This document shows positions 43,853-53,604 of a stretch of 64,000 bases of DNA, piece after piece. The first letter of the stretch is position 1; each line of letters begins with the position of its first letter. Origin of the DNA: a virus; IMG/VR virus record IMGVR_UViG_3300023199_000051, positions 64,001 to 128,000 of that record. One strand, written 5' to 3'. The translations under genes and the position numbers were made by a program. The notes beneath the pieces were generated by a model. It had not been told where the DNA came from and did not search any database. It was given only the letters and a program-made list of their open reading frames with translations.

Positions 43853-44637
43853 GCCGACGACCAAAGAGAGCACCCATCCGTGAACGGCTGCGCCGCATGA
43901 GGCGAGCAGCCCCCATCTCTACCGAGTTCGACGAGCTGGGGGAGGACTTCCTCACGTACCTCCGCACTCGATGGTCAGCCAGCTCTATCAAGGCCTTCAA
44001 CCGACTGCTGCGGGACATGCTCACCTACGTGCGGCCCTTCGACGACCAGCAGGCCTTTGCGGACTACCACGGCTCGCTACAGCCTGGCTCGACTCGGACC
44101 ACCTTCCGCGTAGCGTGGCGCATCTTCTGTGACTACGGAGAAGAGAAAGGCTTGTTCCCAGCTCCCTTGGACATCCCCAACCCCAGAGGCGGGCGGCGTC
44201 GGAAGGGATCCCGCATCGCCTCCTGGTGGGAGGGCTATCTGACAGTCGTGCCCGAAGCGGTTGAAGAGGACATCGGCGCGCTGGCTGCCTTTGCCATCCT
44301 GCACCGGAAGGAGAACAAGACACGGCGCAAGGCACGCGCTTACCCCAGCCCCAAGGCGCTTGGCGCTGTGCGCTGGGAGCATGTCAACATCCGGGGTGAC
44401 TCGGTGCGGCTGAACACTGTGCTCGACCGCAACCCGCTGTCCTACTACCGCAAGTACCCGACGGCGCAGGCTGCCATCGTGAAGCGCCTGCGGAAGTGGG
44501 CCACGCCAGAAGGAGAGCAGCACCCGCCTCCAAGGACACCTCTGGTGCCCATGCGGAAGGGAGGGAGCACCCCTATGACAGCTGGCCACATGCGGCATCT
44601 AGCGAAGAAGTACATCAAGGAGAATGGAGGAGGGTAG
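43849..44637 (+). CDS. Tyrosine-recombinase-like protein lacking the catalytic C-terminus
   Basis: EDFLTYLRTRWSASSIKAF; PKALGAVRWEHV; PLVP..G....T...MRHLAKKY then stop. Confidence 0.55.
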   Translation: MSRRPKRAPIRERLRRMRRAAPISTEFDELGEDFLTYLRTRWSASSIKAFNRLLRDMLTYVRPFDDQQAFADYHGSLQPGSTRTTFRVAWRIFCDYGEEKGLFPAPLDIPNPRGGRRRKGSRIASWWEGYLTVVPEAVEEDIGALAAFAILHRKENKTRRKARAYPSPKALGAVRWEHVNIRGDSVRLNTVLDRNPLSYYRKYPTAQAAIVKRLRKWATPEGEQHPPPRTPLVPMRKGGSTPMTAGHMRHLAKKYIKENGGG

Positions 44638-44715
44638 TAGGCTACGGGCCTTTTGGGCGCAGACGCGCGAGGCATTCTCTGTTAGGATGTATCCTCGACG
44701 TCGGGAGTCACCACC

Positions 44716-46299
44716 ATGGCCAAGCAAGACGGTCTTCGCAGCGACATCGTACGGGTACACTCTCACGGGGTAGACGACTTGCCAGTGGGCTGTGGTCCCG
44801 ACAAGGTCCTGGGGTGGGAGTGTGTTCAGGACGGCGGACTGTTCCTGGCCCCCAATGAGTTCTACATCGACACGACTGCGCCAGACGCTGCCGGCTCTCG
44901 CCACGTCTCCACCGTAGCCATCGCCCTGTCCCGCGCCGACTCCCTGGTCGGGGCAGCCACCGACCTGGTGTTCCGCTTCCGAGAGGGCCAGACTCACACC
45001 TGGGCCGCGGCAGCCACCATCCCCATCGACCGCAACATCTACTGCCTCGCGGCTGGTCAGCGTCAGGGCGAGAACGATGTACCAGCAGTGGGAGTCCTCA
45101 CCTTCGATGCAGCTGGGGTCACCTTCCCAGCCGCTGCTGCTGACCGCGCTTTCGGTGTCCGCGGCCTGCGCGTCTCTGGAGATGTCACCTTCGAGGAGGA
45201 CTGGAACGCGAAGTTCGAGCGGTGCACCTTTGCACTCCTCACTGCTACCCTCACCGACAATGGCAATGCGGACCCGCCTACCTTGACCATCGCGGAGTGC
45301 ACCGACACGGGCACGAGCAGTGCAACACAGCACCCCCTGGAGGTCCGCGCTACGGTGACCGGCGGTGGTATCGGCACAGTCAGCCTCAACCGGTCCGAGC
45401 TGTCTGCGCAGATCACAGCAGCAGGCCACGATGCCCCATGGTTCCAGCTAGCAGGCTGCAGGTTGGTCATCGACAACTGTTTCCTGAGCACGAACCACGA
45501 CTCTGGCTCGGACATCGGGGCTATCGACTCGGCAAGCGCAGCGTCCGATGTCTCCTTCGTCACCCGCGGTACCACGTGGGCGGCGACTGCCGACTCTGGC
45601 GGGCAGGGTCTCTTCAGCTCCTCTGGGGTCGGCGCCATCGGCATTACGCTGGTTGGCCTGGAGATCGCCAGCGCACACACTATTCCCATTGCTGGCGGCA
45701 AGGAACCTGTCGACTTTGAGGCCGGCGCTGTGACACTCACACCGCTGGTCAGTGCAGACGTCAAGTACACCATCTCTGAGGGGGCTACGCCACGGGCGTT
45801 CCCAACCGACATTCCTCTAGGCACTGAACTCCTCTACGTTCCCTCTGGGGCTGTCAACCTGCAAGGACCAGGGCCTCAGTCAGCAGGGCTGCTCACAGGC
45901 GACATCGTCACAGCTAGCCTCTTCCAGCACGACTTCGGTCAGTGGTGGGATGCTTCGACTACGGATGCCACACCGACGCTGATGACCAGCGAGACGATAG
46001 GGCCTCCGGGCCACAACAGCATCAACACCTGCGGGTACGTGGCCAAGTTCACTGGACATGATGGTGCCGGAAGTCAGTTCACAGCTGAGGTACGCGGCAC
46101 GGTGGAGGTCGGTGGAGCCGGCGCGCTCACCAAGGTGGGTGTCGAGAGTATCGACACCATCCATGACACCATCGGAGGGGGCGGCCTTGTCGGTGTCACC
46201 GTAGCTGTGTCAGGAGGTACGACCCTGGTGCCTCAAGTGACAGGTGTTGCAGCCACCACCATCGCATGGCGCTGCTACATGACCCTTCTGGAGACCTGA
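44716..46299 (+). CDS. Beta-rich spike/fibre-like structural protein
   Basis: GGGAG SD; Thr/Ala/Gly-rich beta pattern; C-terminal TTDAT...VTG.A.T.I.W domain. Confidence 0.65.
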   Translation: MAKQDGLRSDIVRVHSHGVDDLPVGCGPDKVLGWECVQDGGLFLAPNEFYIDTTAPDAAGSRHVSTVAIALSRADSLVGAATDLVFRFREGQTHTWAAAATIPIDRNIYCLAAGQRQGENDVPAVGVLTFDAAGVTFPAAAADRAFGVRGLRVSGDVTFEEDWNAKFERCTFALLTATLTDNGNADPPTLTIAECTDTGTSSATQHPLEVRATVTGGGIGTVSLNRSELSAQITAAGHDAPWFQLAGCRLVIDNCFLSTNHDSGSDIGAIDSASAASDVSFVTRGTTWAATADSGGQGLFSSSGVGAIGITLVGLEIASAHTIPIAGGKEPVDFEAGAVTLTPLVSADVKYTISEGATPRAFPTDIPLGTELLYVPSGAVNLQGPGPQSAGLLTGDIVTASLFQHDFGQWWDASTTDATPTLMTSETIGPPGHNSINTCGYVAKFTGHDGAGSQFTAEVRGTVEVGGAGALTKVGVESIDTIHDTIGGGGLVGVTVAVSGGTTLVPQVTGVAATTIAWRCYMTLLET

Positions 46300-46742
46300 T
46301 GTTGCTCACGATTACCGTCCGACCTCCACCCTTGGCGCGTGGCCTTGACGCCACGTCGGACACCTACAAGGTCGAAGTACCCCTCGCGGCTGCTTCTCAC
46401 GCAGCCAAGAAGGCAGACAGCAGCGACGCTGCGAAGGCCGGTGGCCGTGTCAGCTTCTGCTTGGGGTTCAACCTCGGGGCGCCTAAGCTGACTCAGGCAG
46501 TCGCAGCGCTGGCAGCCATGGACCACAGCGGCTTCCGGGTAAAGGTGGTGCCAGATGGCTCGGCCTCGTTCGTATTCCATGGGGACCGCGTTGTGAAGAT
46601 CAACAGCGGCGACAGGGGCTACACAGCGCAGATCTTCGCCACGGCCTCTTCGAGTGCCGCTGCCTACGTGGAAGACGACTTGGATGAGCTGCAAGCCTTC
46701 GCGTCCGCCTTCGAGCAGAGATGGTGGAACCACCTTCAGTAG
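46299..46742 (+). CDS. Hypothetical protein (147 aa)
   Basis: TGATG overlap, GGAG SD. Confidence 0.7.
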   Translation: MLLTITVRPPPLARGLDATSDTYKVEVPLAAASHAAKKADSSDAAKAGGRVSFCLGFNLGAPKLTQAVAALAAMDHSGFRVKVVPDGSASFVFHGDRVVKINSGDRGYTAQIFATASSSAAAYVEDDLDELQAFASAFEQRWWNHLQ

Positions 46743-46772
46743 CCTACACACCACCTCAGCTGAGAGGCAGCC

Positions 46773-47213
46773 ATGAAGTCCATCCAGAACAGCAGCGGCC
46801 AGCGCGTCGGTGCCACTGCCACCTACACCCAGGAGACCACTGACGCAACGGCGAACGTCGTTATGGACCTGGAGAGTGGGTCCATGCCAGCGCTGGCTAC
46901 TGAAGTAGGTGTAGGCAGCACGGAAGCAGCCGTGCTCGTCGCCGACCTCATCGGCATCAACGAGGGGGTAAACAAAGTGTCAGCATTTCGCTTGACGGCC
47001 ATTGTGAAAGGGGACGGTGCTGGTGCCTGGGCCCCGGTCGGTGCTGCCAGCGCCACCGTGGCGGACGAGATCGGCGGTGGCGGAGCTGTGAGTGGCAACA
47101 TTCATGTGGATGCTAGCGGACGTCCGATTGTCCGTGTGACCGGAGACGCTGACACCAACATCAAGTGGCGTGCTTCAATGCGTGCCACAGCCATCAGCCA
47201 GGCCGCTGTGTAG
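46773..47213 (+). CDS. Small beta-sandwich protein paralogous to the C-terminus of 44716..46299
   Basis: TTDATAN...GGGGAV...VRVTGDADTNIKW. Confidence 0.75.
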   Translation: MKSIQNSSGQRVGATATYTQETTDATANVVMDLESGSMPALATEVGVGSTEAAVLVADLIGINEGVNKVSAFRLTAIVKGDGAGAWAPVGAASATVADEIGGGGAVSGNIHVDASGRPIVRVTGDADTNIKWRASMRATAISQAAV

Positions 47214-47218
47214 TCTGG

Positions 47219-47740
47219 CTACTTCTTCGACTTCGACTGCAGCTTCTCGATGATCTTCATCAGGAGCATGCCGCCAGCTACCCCGGCCACGAGCACGACG
47301 AGGATCATGAGGCCGGAGCCCTTGAGGGTCGACACGACACGCTTGAGCTTGGTCTCGGCGGCCGGCGACAAGTCGACTTCATGCTTGAGGATCGCACCGC
47401 TGCGAGGTTCCTGGTAGCCGCCGATCTGAGTCTGCGAACCGGCACCCTGGCTGATAGGAACCAGCGCGTACCCAGGTGGAATGGCAGGAGGTTCGCTCTG
47501 AGGGGAGAAGAATACCTGCTCGGCACGGTCTTGCGACTGCGGCGGGAAGCGCCACGTCTGCCCCGAGTAGGCGAGGTGGCTTCCAGAGGAGGCGCCAGGG
47601 ACGTTGTCGAGTACACGACCGCCGTAGGTGTGACCTTGCCCGGTGATGGGGCCCCTGCGCAGCCTCCTCCGTCCCGAGGGCCGACGCCGTAGTCGGCGGA
47701 TACGGCCCAAGACGACCCGATCGCTGCGTCGTTGCGTCAC
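47219..47740 (-). CDS. Membrane protein with Arg-rich N-terminus and C-terminal TM
   Basis: AGGAG SD; VVLG-RIRRLRRR; GLMILVVLVAGVAGGMLLM. Confidence 0.8.
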   Translation of the reverse strand: MTQRRSDRVVLGRIRRLRRRPSGRRRLRRGPITGQGHTYGGRVLDNVPGASSGSHLAYSGQTWRFPPQSQDRAEQVFFSPQSEPPAIPPGYALVPISQGAGSQTQIGGYQEPRSGAILKHEVDLSPAAETKLKRVVSTLKGSGLMILVVLVAGVAGGMLLMKIIEKLQSKSKK

Positions 47741-47768
47741 AGAAGACTCCTGCTGGTAGCTACGCGCC

Positions 47769-48119
47769 CTAGTCTAACGTGTCCGACGGCACCGCGTCCC
47801 CTAGAAGAAGGCGCCCGGTCTCAGCCGCTCGCTTGGTGGCCCACGACACAGCTGTGCAGGACAGCATCTTTCGGGCTGAAGGCTGGAGATCATCAAGTGT
47901 CAGGGGTGCCCACTCGCTGTAGTCCAGGGAGTCCGTGCTGACGGCGTACACCCAGCCATGCTGGGTGTGATAGTGCACCGACACCGTGGTTCCGTAGTCG
48001 ATGACATCACCAAGCAGGCGTGGGAGCTGTCTTGGATGGAGATCGCACAGCGCGTCTTGTAGGGCTGCAGTGAGGACGCGCTTGAGGCGCATCGGCCCAG
48101 GTCGGGTAGCTACGGACAT
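47769..48119 (-). CDS. Hypothetical protein (116 aa)
   Basis: Co-oriented, 4 nt from upstream stop. Confidence 0.6.
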   Translation of the reverse strand: MSVATRPGPMRLKRVLTAALQDALCDLHPRQLPRLLGDVIDYGTTVSVHYHTQHGWVYAVSTDSLDYSEWAPLTLDDLQPSARKMLSCTAVSWATKRAAETGRLLLGDAVPSDTLD

Positions 48120-48123
48120 ACCG

Positions 48124-49509
48124 CTAGACCTTCTCGGCGTCCTTGTTGTTGGCCGGGTTCGGCTTCTGGGGGCCCGCGATCTGGTACATGGTCGTCGTGC
48201 CTGCGGCGACCTGCTTGATCATCCCCTGCTCCAGCAGCGTCTCGATGACGGGACGCACCCGCTTCACGAGCACCTTGGCATCCTTCGAGATCGTGCCGAC
48301 CGAGCAAGGCTGCTGCTTGCTGACGATGTTGAGCACACGGCGGCGGAGCAGCATCTCGGGCGACTGCGCCAGGTTCTCCTGGATGTTGAGGACGCTGGTC
48401 ATGTGCAGGTGCACGATGCGCTCCGCGTTGATCACGTCTTCGAGTGTGATCTGAATTGTAGGGCGTTCGAGTGGATCCGGTGGGGGTGCATCCTCCGACA
48501 GGTTGTTGACGTACGTGCACACGCCGAGCAACAAACTCACCTTGGCCATCATCGTCGGGGCACGAGCGATGACACCCCGCGATTCATCATCGGCATCCAT
48601 CTCGTGGAGTGCGACGTGGTCGATCTGCCGAGCGCGGTTCTCGAAGTGCTGCTGTGCCTTGTCAGTGAAGTAGCTCTCCCCGCCTGGGCTGTACTCGTAC
48701 AGGCGAAAGAGGTGGTCGATCATGCGCTGCTTGCCATCAGGATCCGGTGTGAGGTTGAGCTTGAAGGTGTCCCGCTTGCCGCAGAAGAGCATCCACCGAG
48801 CGAAGAAACCCGCGGTGAGGTCTTGCGGCTCCAGGTACCGCTCCAGGTACCCCGGTGCGCATGCTGCGAGGATGGACAGGTTGTGGTCCTCGATCTCCGT
48901 CTCGCGGTAGGCCGTGATGCGCGACAAGGGCTCTCCGTCGTAGGCGTCGGTGTAGGACTGCTTGACGGCGTTGAGGTAGTTGCGCCCGTGCGCCTGAGAC
49001 AGGAAGCGTGAGAACTCGGGCTCGGGGATGATCTGCTGGCTCTGCCTCTCCAGGGAACGGAGCAGCCCCTCGTGGGAACCAGGGCTGAGGCCTACGCGGT
49101 CGGGGCACACCTTCCGCAGCAGCTTGAGCCCCATCTTCATCGTGGTCGACTTGCGGTTGATGACCGAGTCCCCGACGAGCATGGTGTAGAGGTTGGGACT
49201 CAGCTCGCCGCCGGGCCAGATGACACCGAGGCCCGGTGAGCAGCAGACGCTCACTAGGGACAGCGCGACGCCAAGGTGGTACACGGTGGGCGCGTCGGTT
49301 CTGGTGGAAGCCCACTCCACATACTCATGGATGAACCCGCTGCTGGGCAGGATGGCGCGTACGGTGGCGTTGGGGACGATGAAGGAGGAGGCAGGATCAG
49401 AGGCGGCCACAGGGGCTCCTGTGTATGGGGGGTGTTCCGGTGGTGGTGCTGAAGGGGCGAGAGACATCTCCCCAGGACAGCCTGACGACTTTACCCCTGC
49501 GACTGACAC
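48124..49509 (-). CDS. DUF3987/YfjI-like P-loop protein (primase/helicase-associated) with C-terminal wHTH
   Basis: FIHEYVEWASTRTDAP..PNLYTMLVGDSVINRKST..FFARW; start uncertain. Confidence 0.75.
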   Translation of the reverse strand: MSVAGVKSSGCPGEMSLAPSAPPPEHPPYTGAPVAASDPASSFIVPNATVRAILPSSGFIHEYVEWASTRTDAPTVYHLGVALSLVSVCCSPGLGVIWPGGELSPNLYTMLVGDSVINRKSTTMKMGLKLLRKVCPDRVGLSPGSHEGLLRSLERQSQQIIPEPEFSRFLSQAHGRNYLNAVKQSYTDAYDGEPLSRITAYRETEIEDHNLSILAACAPGYLERYLEPQDLTAGFFARWMLFCGKRDTFKLNLTPDPDGKQRMIDHLFRLYEYSPGGESYFTDKAQQHFENRARQIDHVALHEMDADDESRGVIARAPTMMAKVSLLLGVCTYVNNLSEDAPPPDPLERPTIQITLEDVINAERIVHLHMTSVLNIQENLAQSPEMLLRRRVLNIVSKQQPCSVGTISKDAKVLVKRVRPVIETLLEQGMIKQVAAGTTTMYQIAGPQKPNPANNKDAEKV

Positions 49510-49607
49510 ATGACAAGAAAGTCGATGGAAGGCAGTTGGTGACGGGGATCGTGGTGATCCTCACCCCAGACTTATCCGGCTGGAGGCGGCTGCACAGGAT
49601 CTCCACA

Positions 49608-49636
49608 TTGACACATGACACCGTGTCTTCTATACC
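49608..49636 (+). promoter_or_regulatory. sigma70-type promoter for the helicase operon
   Basis: TTGACA-17 nt-TATACC; overlapped by TGACACATGACA. Confidence 0.65.
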
Positions 49637-49659
49637 CGTAGTGGACCTGGACGACGACT

Positions 49660-52600
49660 GTGCGTGGACTGCAATACCGATTCGACCTGCGTGCGCCTCT
49701 GGTGGACTGGGCCGCCGAGGCCGTGGGAGCCATCCCCGGCTGCAAGGCGACCAAGGCATCGAGCAGCGACACTCCTTACCTGACGGCCTCTGTGTCAGCC
49801 GGGTGGCTGGTACAGCAGCAGCTCGAAGAGTGGGGTGTGCCGCACAGCTGTGAGCTGAAGGTCAAGAAGGCGCCAACGGTTCCCTTCGACCAGCTCGCTG
49901 TCGCACCAGAAGACTTGGAGGAGCTGAAGCCAGCATGGGCCGCCAAGGTCAAGGACTTCCAGCGTCGCGGCCTGGAGTTCCTGCAGCGCCGCCTCGGTGG
50001 ACTGGCGAAGTGGCCCTGCCTGACAGGTGACGCTGAACTGGTTGTCAACCGCGCGGGACGAGGCTTCCGAATGCGGCTGGACGACCTGGTCCACAAGGCC
50101 AACGGAGGGAAGACCAGGGGGAGGGCTTGGGACCTTGGCATACCTACACAGGTGCGCTGCATGGATGATCAAGGCACCATCATCTCAGGCGGGCTGTTGC
50201 GGGCCTTCAAGTCGGGGTCCAAGGAGGTCTTCGAGATCACTGTAGAAGATTCTGATGGGCGGCAACGCAGCTTGAAAACTACTATGGGCCACCGTTTCCT
50301 TACACCGGATGGGGAGAAGCGCCTGCGGGAGCTGGAAGCTGGCCACGAGGTCTACATCGTCGGAGCGAGGAAGAGGAAGCCGCGCGGTAAGCAGGCCGAA
50401 GGCACGCGCAAGAAGTACCTGGTGGTGTCAGCCGTTCACCACCACCCCCACGCTACTTCATGGATGCGACACCGGAAGAACCGCCCGAACCCCTACAAGG
50501 AGTCGCGCGTTCCTCTCCATCGCATCGTGTACGAAGCCCATCTCAGCGGAATCACTACGGAGCAGTTCATTGCGCGAGTGAAGGCGAACGAGCTGGAAGG
50601 ACTCACCTTCGTGGACCCTAGTGTCCATGATGTGCACTACATTGACGGTGATGCAGAAAACAACAGCATCAACAACTTGGAGCTGCTACCCGTTGGTGAT
50701 CACCAGCAGCATCATGCCCAAGAAGGTGCCTGGCGCCGTGTGCTGCCCAAAGCCGTACCGGCCCGTGTGCTTTCCATCGAGCCGAAGGGCATCCAGCCCA
50801 CCTACGACTTGATGATGGCAGGACCGCACCACAACTACGCTGCTAACGACTTCATCGTGCACAACTGCGGAGCAGGAAAGACGTTCCTGGGCATCCTGTT
50901 CAGCTTGTCCTACCCAGGCCGGACCATCATCGTCACAAGGGCATCAACGACGCACCAGTGGGCGGGGCAGTTTCGCAAGTTCTGCCAGGACGGCGCGGTC
51001 AAGGTAGCCGTGCTCGACGGCACGAGAGGGTTCAGGGCCAAGCGAGCACCGAAGCAGACATACACATCGTGGGTCCGCATGCACTTCGAGGCGGAGTCTC
51101 CGGGCCGCATTGCGAGTCTCCGAGAGCAGCGGTCGGAGAGCGGACGGCGCAAGGCCATCACCAAGGCGTTTCGGCGCGTGCTTCGGGCCTTGTTCGAGGC
51201 CGGTCCAGAAGGATGCGCTGTGCGGGATCTACCGGGGTCAAGCGGTGCCGTGAGGAATGCCCTGTCCCGGTTTGAAGATGCGGGCCTGGTCGAGAGGCAC
51301 GACAAGCCAGACAATTCCGCCTGGAAGCCGTGGGTGGTGCGCAGCACCTTCACGGACCGGATCATTTCCTGGCACGATGGCTACGAGGGCCCCATGCTCA
51401 AGTCTGGCGAGGTGACATCGCTGTCCCTCATCGAGCAGGCGGAAGATGCGAAGCCCGCTAAGCGTGCCCACGCGCGAGCGCTGCTCCTCGCGCACAGCAA
51501 CCTCGACCGCAAGCTCATCGCAGATCGGTGCGGCATGAGCCTTGACGGGGTGCTTGATGTTCTAGGCGAGCGAGCAGCAGAAGCGAACGCTGAGATGCGT
51601 GAAGGAGTGCTGGACATCGAGGATGATACTGACGCCGTCGTAGTCGGGTGGCCCGTGCTCACAGCCAGGCGACGCGCGCTCATCAACTGGGGGAAGCAGG
51701 ATGAAGCGCCCCTCACAGTCATCCTCGACGAGAGCCACAACGCCAAGCAGTGGAGCCGCTGGCGTGCAGTCGACGAACCTGACGGGTCGGTGAGCTGGGA
51801 GCCGAAGAGCAACACATCGGCATCTGCCCTCCTGATCTGCGGAGAAGCTGAACGGGTGCTGTGCCTCACGGCAACACCGCAACCCGATCGGACCCGAGAC
51901 CTCTGGGCACAGCTCGATCTCATCGATCCGTGGTCCTTCGGCAAGTTCCGGGTCTACGCGATGCGCTATTGCGGTGCGATGTACAACGAGTACGGCATCG
52001 ACAGCCGCGGCAGTAGCAACCAGGAGGAGCTGCACAAGCGGCTCGGCTTCTACTTCCACATCGTCACCGAGGAGGAGGCCAAGCGCGAGCTGCCGCCCCT
52101 CACGCGCGACATGGTGTGGCTGCCACCGGCCGAGCTGGCTTCGGTCCGCGTCTCCAAGCAGCGATGGATGGCTGCCAAGCGGAGAGGTGCCACCGCACTG
52201 CTGGAGCTGAAGCTGTGCGTCACAGCCGCTATGAAGCACCCGTGGCTGGTGAAGCGTGTCAAGGACTGCATCCTCGATGAAGAGAAAGTCGTGCTGTTCA
52301 GCGGCCGGCGCAACGACGCTGAGAACCTGCTGGTAGCTGTGCAGGGCATGGTAGCGGCTGAGCGCAAGAAGAAGAGGCACGACAGCACTTACGACGACTT
52401 TGAGGTCTGGATGGCGCATGGTGGACAGTCGAACAAGGAGCGTGCCGAGATCCTGAAAGCCTACATCGCACACGACGGGCCGGGGCTCATCATTGGGACC
52501 ATCGACGCTTGGGGGGAAGCCATCGACGGCCTGCAGAGCACGAACCGGGCACTGATCTCCATGCTGCCTTGGAACCACGGCAAGCTCATCCAGCTCGAAG

Positions 52601-52860
52601 GCCGCTTCGACCGCTTGGGGGGCAAGGTGGCCACTACGCTGGAGTACGTGATCGCCGAGATGACGGTCGACGAAGACGTGCTCGACCACGTGGTAGTGAA
52701 GGCGGAAGATGCGGGGGAAGTGCTCGGTGATGGAGAGCTGATCGAGATGAGCGCAGTCCTCGACGGCGTCCAAGACGAAGAAGAGATACTCAAAGGCTTC
52801 GCCGCCAAGCTGCTCGCCGCTGAGAAGAAGCGCAAAGAGAAGAGGGAGCAAGCAGCATGA
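49660..52860 (+). CDS. SNF2-like SF2 helicase containing an intein
   Basis: CGAGKT, ILDESH, LTATP, KVVLFS, GEAIDGLQ, QLEGRFDR. Confidence 0.9.
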   Translation: MRGLQYRFDLRAPLVDWAAEAVGAIPGCKATKASSSDTPYLTASVSAGWLVQQQLEEWGVPHSCELKVKKAPTVPFDQLAVAPEDLEELKPAWAAKVKDFQRRGLEFLQRRLGGLAKWPCLTGDAELVVNRAGRGFRMRLDDLVHKANGGKTRGRAWDLGIPTQVRCMDDQGTIISGGLLRAFKSGSKEVFEITVEDSDGRQRSLKTTMGHRFLTPDGEKRLRELEAGHEVYIVGARKRKPRGKQAEGTRKKYLVVSAVHHHPHATSWMRHRKNRPNPYKESRVPLHRIVYEAHLSGITTEQFIARVKANELEGLTFVDPSVHDVHYIDGDAENNSINNLELLPVGDHQQHHAQEGAWRRVLPKAVPARVLSIEPKGIQPTYDLMMAGPHHNYAANDFIVHNCGAGKTFLGILFSLSYPGRTIIVTRASTTHQWAGQFRKFCQDGAVKVAVLDGTRGFRAKRAPKQTYTSWVRMHFEAESPGRIASLREQRSESGRRKAITKAFRRVLRALFEAGPEGCAVRDLPGSSGAVRNALSRFEDAGLVERHDKPDNSAWKPWVVRSTFTDRIISWHDGYEGPMLKSGEVTSLSLIEQAEDAKPAKRAHARALLLAHSNLDRKLIADRCGMSLDGVLDVLGERAAEANAEMREGVLDIEDDTDAVVVGWPVLTARRRALINWGKQDEAPLTVILDESHNAKQWSRWRAVDEPDGSVSWEPKSNTSASALLICGEAERVLCLTATPQPDRTRDLWAQLDLIDPWSFGKFRVYAMRYCGAMYNEYGIDSRGSSNQEELHKRLGFYFHIVTEEEAKRELPPLTRDMVWLPPAELASVRVSKQRWMAAKRRGATALLELKLCVTAAMKHPWLVKRVKDCILDEEKVVLFSGRRNDAENLLVAVQGMVAAERKKKRHDSTYDDFEVWMAHGGQSNKERAEILKAYIAHDGPGLIIGTIDAWGEAIDGLQSTNRALISMLPWNHGKLIQLEGRFDRLGGKVATTLEYVIAEMTVDEDVLDHVVVKAEDAGEVLGDGELIEMSAVLDGVQDEEEILKGFAAKLLAAEKKRKEKREQAA
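50017..50865 (+). mobile_element. Intein (283 aa) with HNH-type endonuclease insert
   Basis: Begins CLTGD, ends YDLMM..NYAANDFIVHN, +1 Cys; LHRIVY..VHYIDGDAENNSINNLE. Confidence 0.92.
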
Positions 52861-52956
52861 GACATCTCCTCCACAAGCACGTCTGCCTGTACCGCATCGA
52901 CATCGGCTTAGGGCTCGTCGCCTTCACCCTCTTCTACACTGCGGCTGAGGTGTACT

Positions 52957-53604
52957 GTGCCACGCCCTGACATCGACCTTGACGATCCGCACTATCCCGA
53001 GCCCCAGGTCATTCCGATGGGTGCTGGGCGCTGCCACGTCGACAATGGAGCTGTAACCATCTGGGTAGCTGGTGCGGACGAGGGCATCGAGGTGGTCGAG
53101 GGAGACCTCATCGAGGCCTGCATCACCGAGCTGGTGGACAGTGAAGAGGACGTGCGTCGTCGCTACCGCGCCATGAAGCACGGCCCTCGCCCAGAAAAGC
53201 CGCGAGCTGAGTGGCTGGGCGGTTGGATGTCCTGTGCCTTCGACCCCCCGCTCGACAAGCCCCACTTCATGGCGGCTCGCGCACGGTACTACCAGGTGCT
53301 CCAGACAGGCATGTGGTTGCGGCGTGTAGGATCTGGGTGTGCGCTGCGCCAGCTTGACATCCCCGAGCTGGAGAAGGGCACATGCTGGGGCCCCGTCCGA
53401 GCAACCGACTTCCGAGGGACGCCCTGCTCTTGGATGCTGGGATACGTCTGGCAGATCCGCAAAGGCGTCTACCTACTGGCCGAGCCATACGAGCAGCTGC
53501 CAAGCGGCTTTCGCCACCACAACCTCTCAACAGGACCCTGGCGCTTCACCTTCGAGGGTGAGCCGGCCGTGACCACCTTCGAGACCATTCGGGAGCAGAC
53601 ATGA
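52957..53604 (+). CDS. Hypothetical protein (215 aa)
   Basis: GAGGT SD; ATGA overlap with next gene. Confidence 0.7.
   Translation: MPRPDIDLDDPHYPEPQVIPMGAGRCHVDNGAVTIWVAGADEGIEVVEGDLIEACITELVDSEEDVRRRYRAMKHGPRPEKPRAEWLGGWMSCAFDPPLDKPHFMAARARYYQVLQTGMWLRRVGSGCALRQLDIPELEKGTCWGPVRATDFRGTPCSWMLGYVWQIRKGVYLLAEPYEQLPSGFRHHNLSTGPWRFTFEGEPAVTTFETIREQT

Noticed and set aside
43849-44637. Functional integrase and prophage boundary
   Set aside because: Catalytic HxxR, H/W and Tyr are missing; no att site or host genes seen
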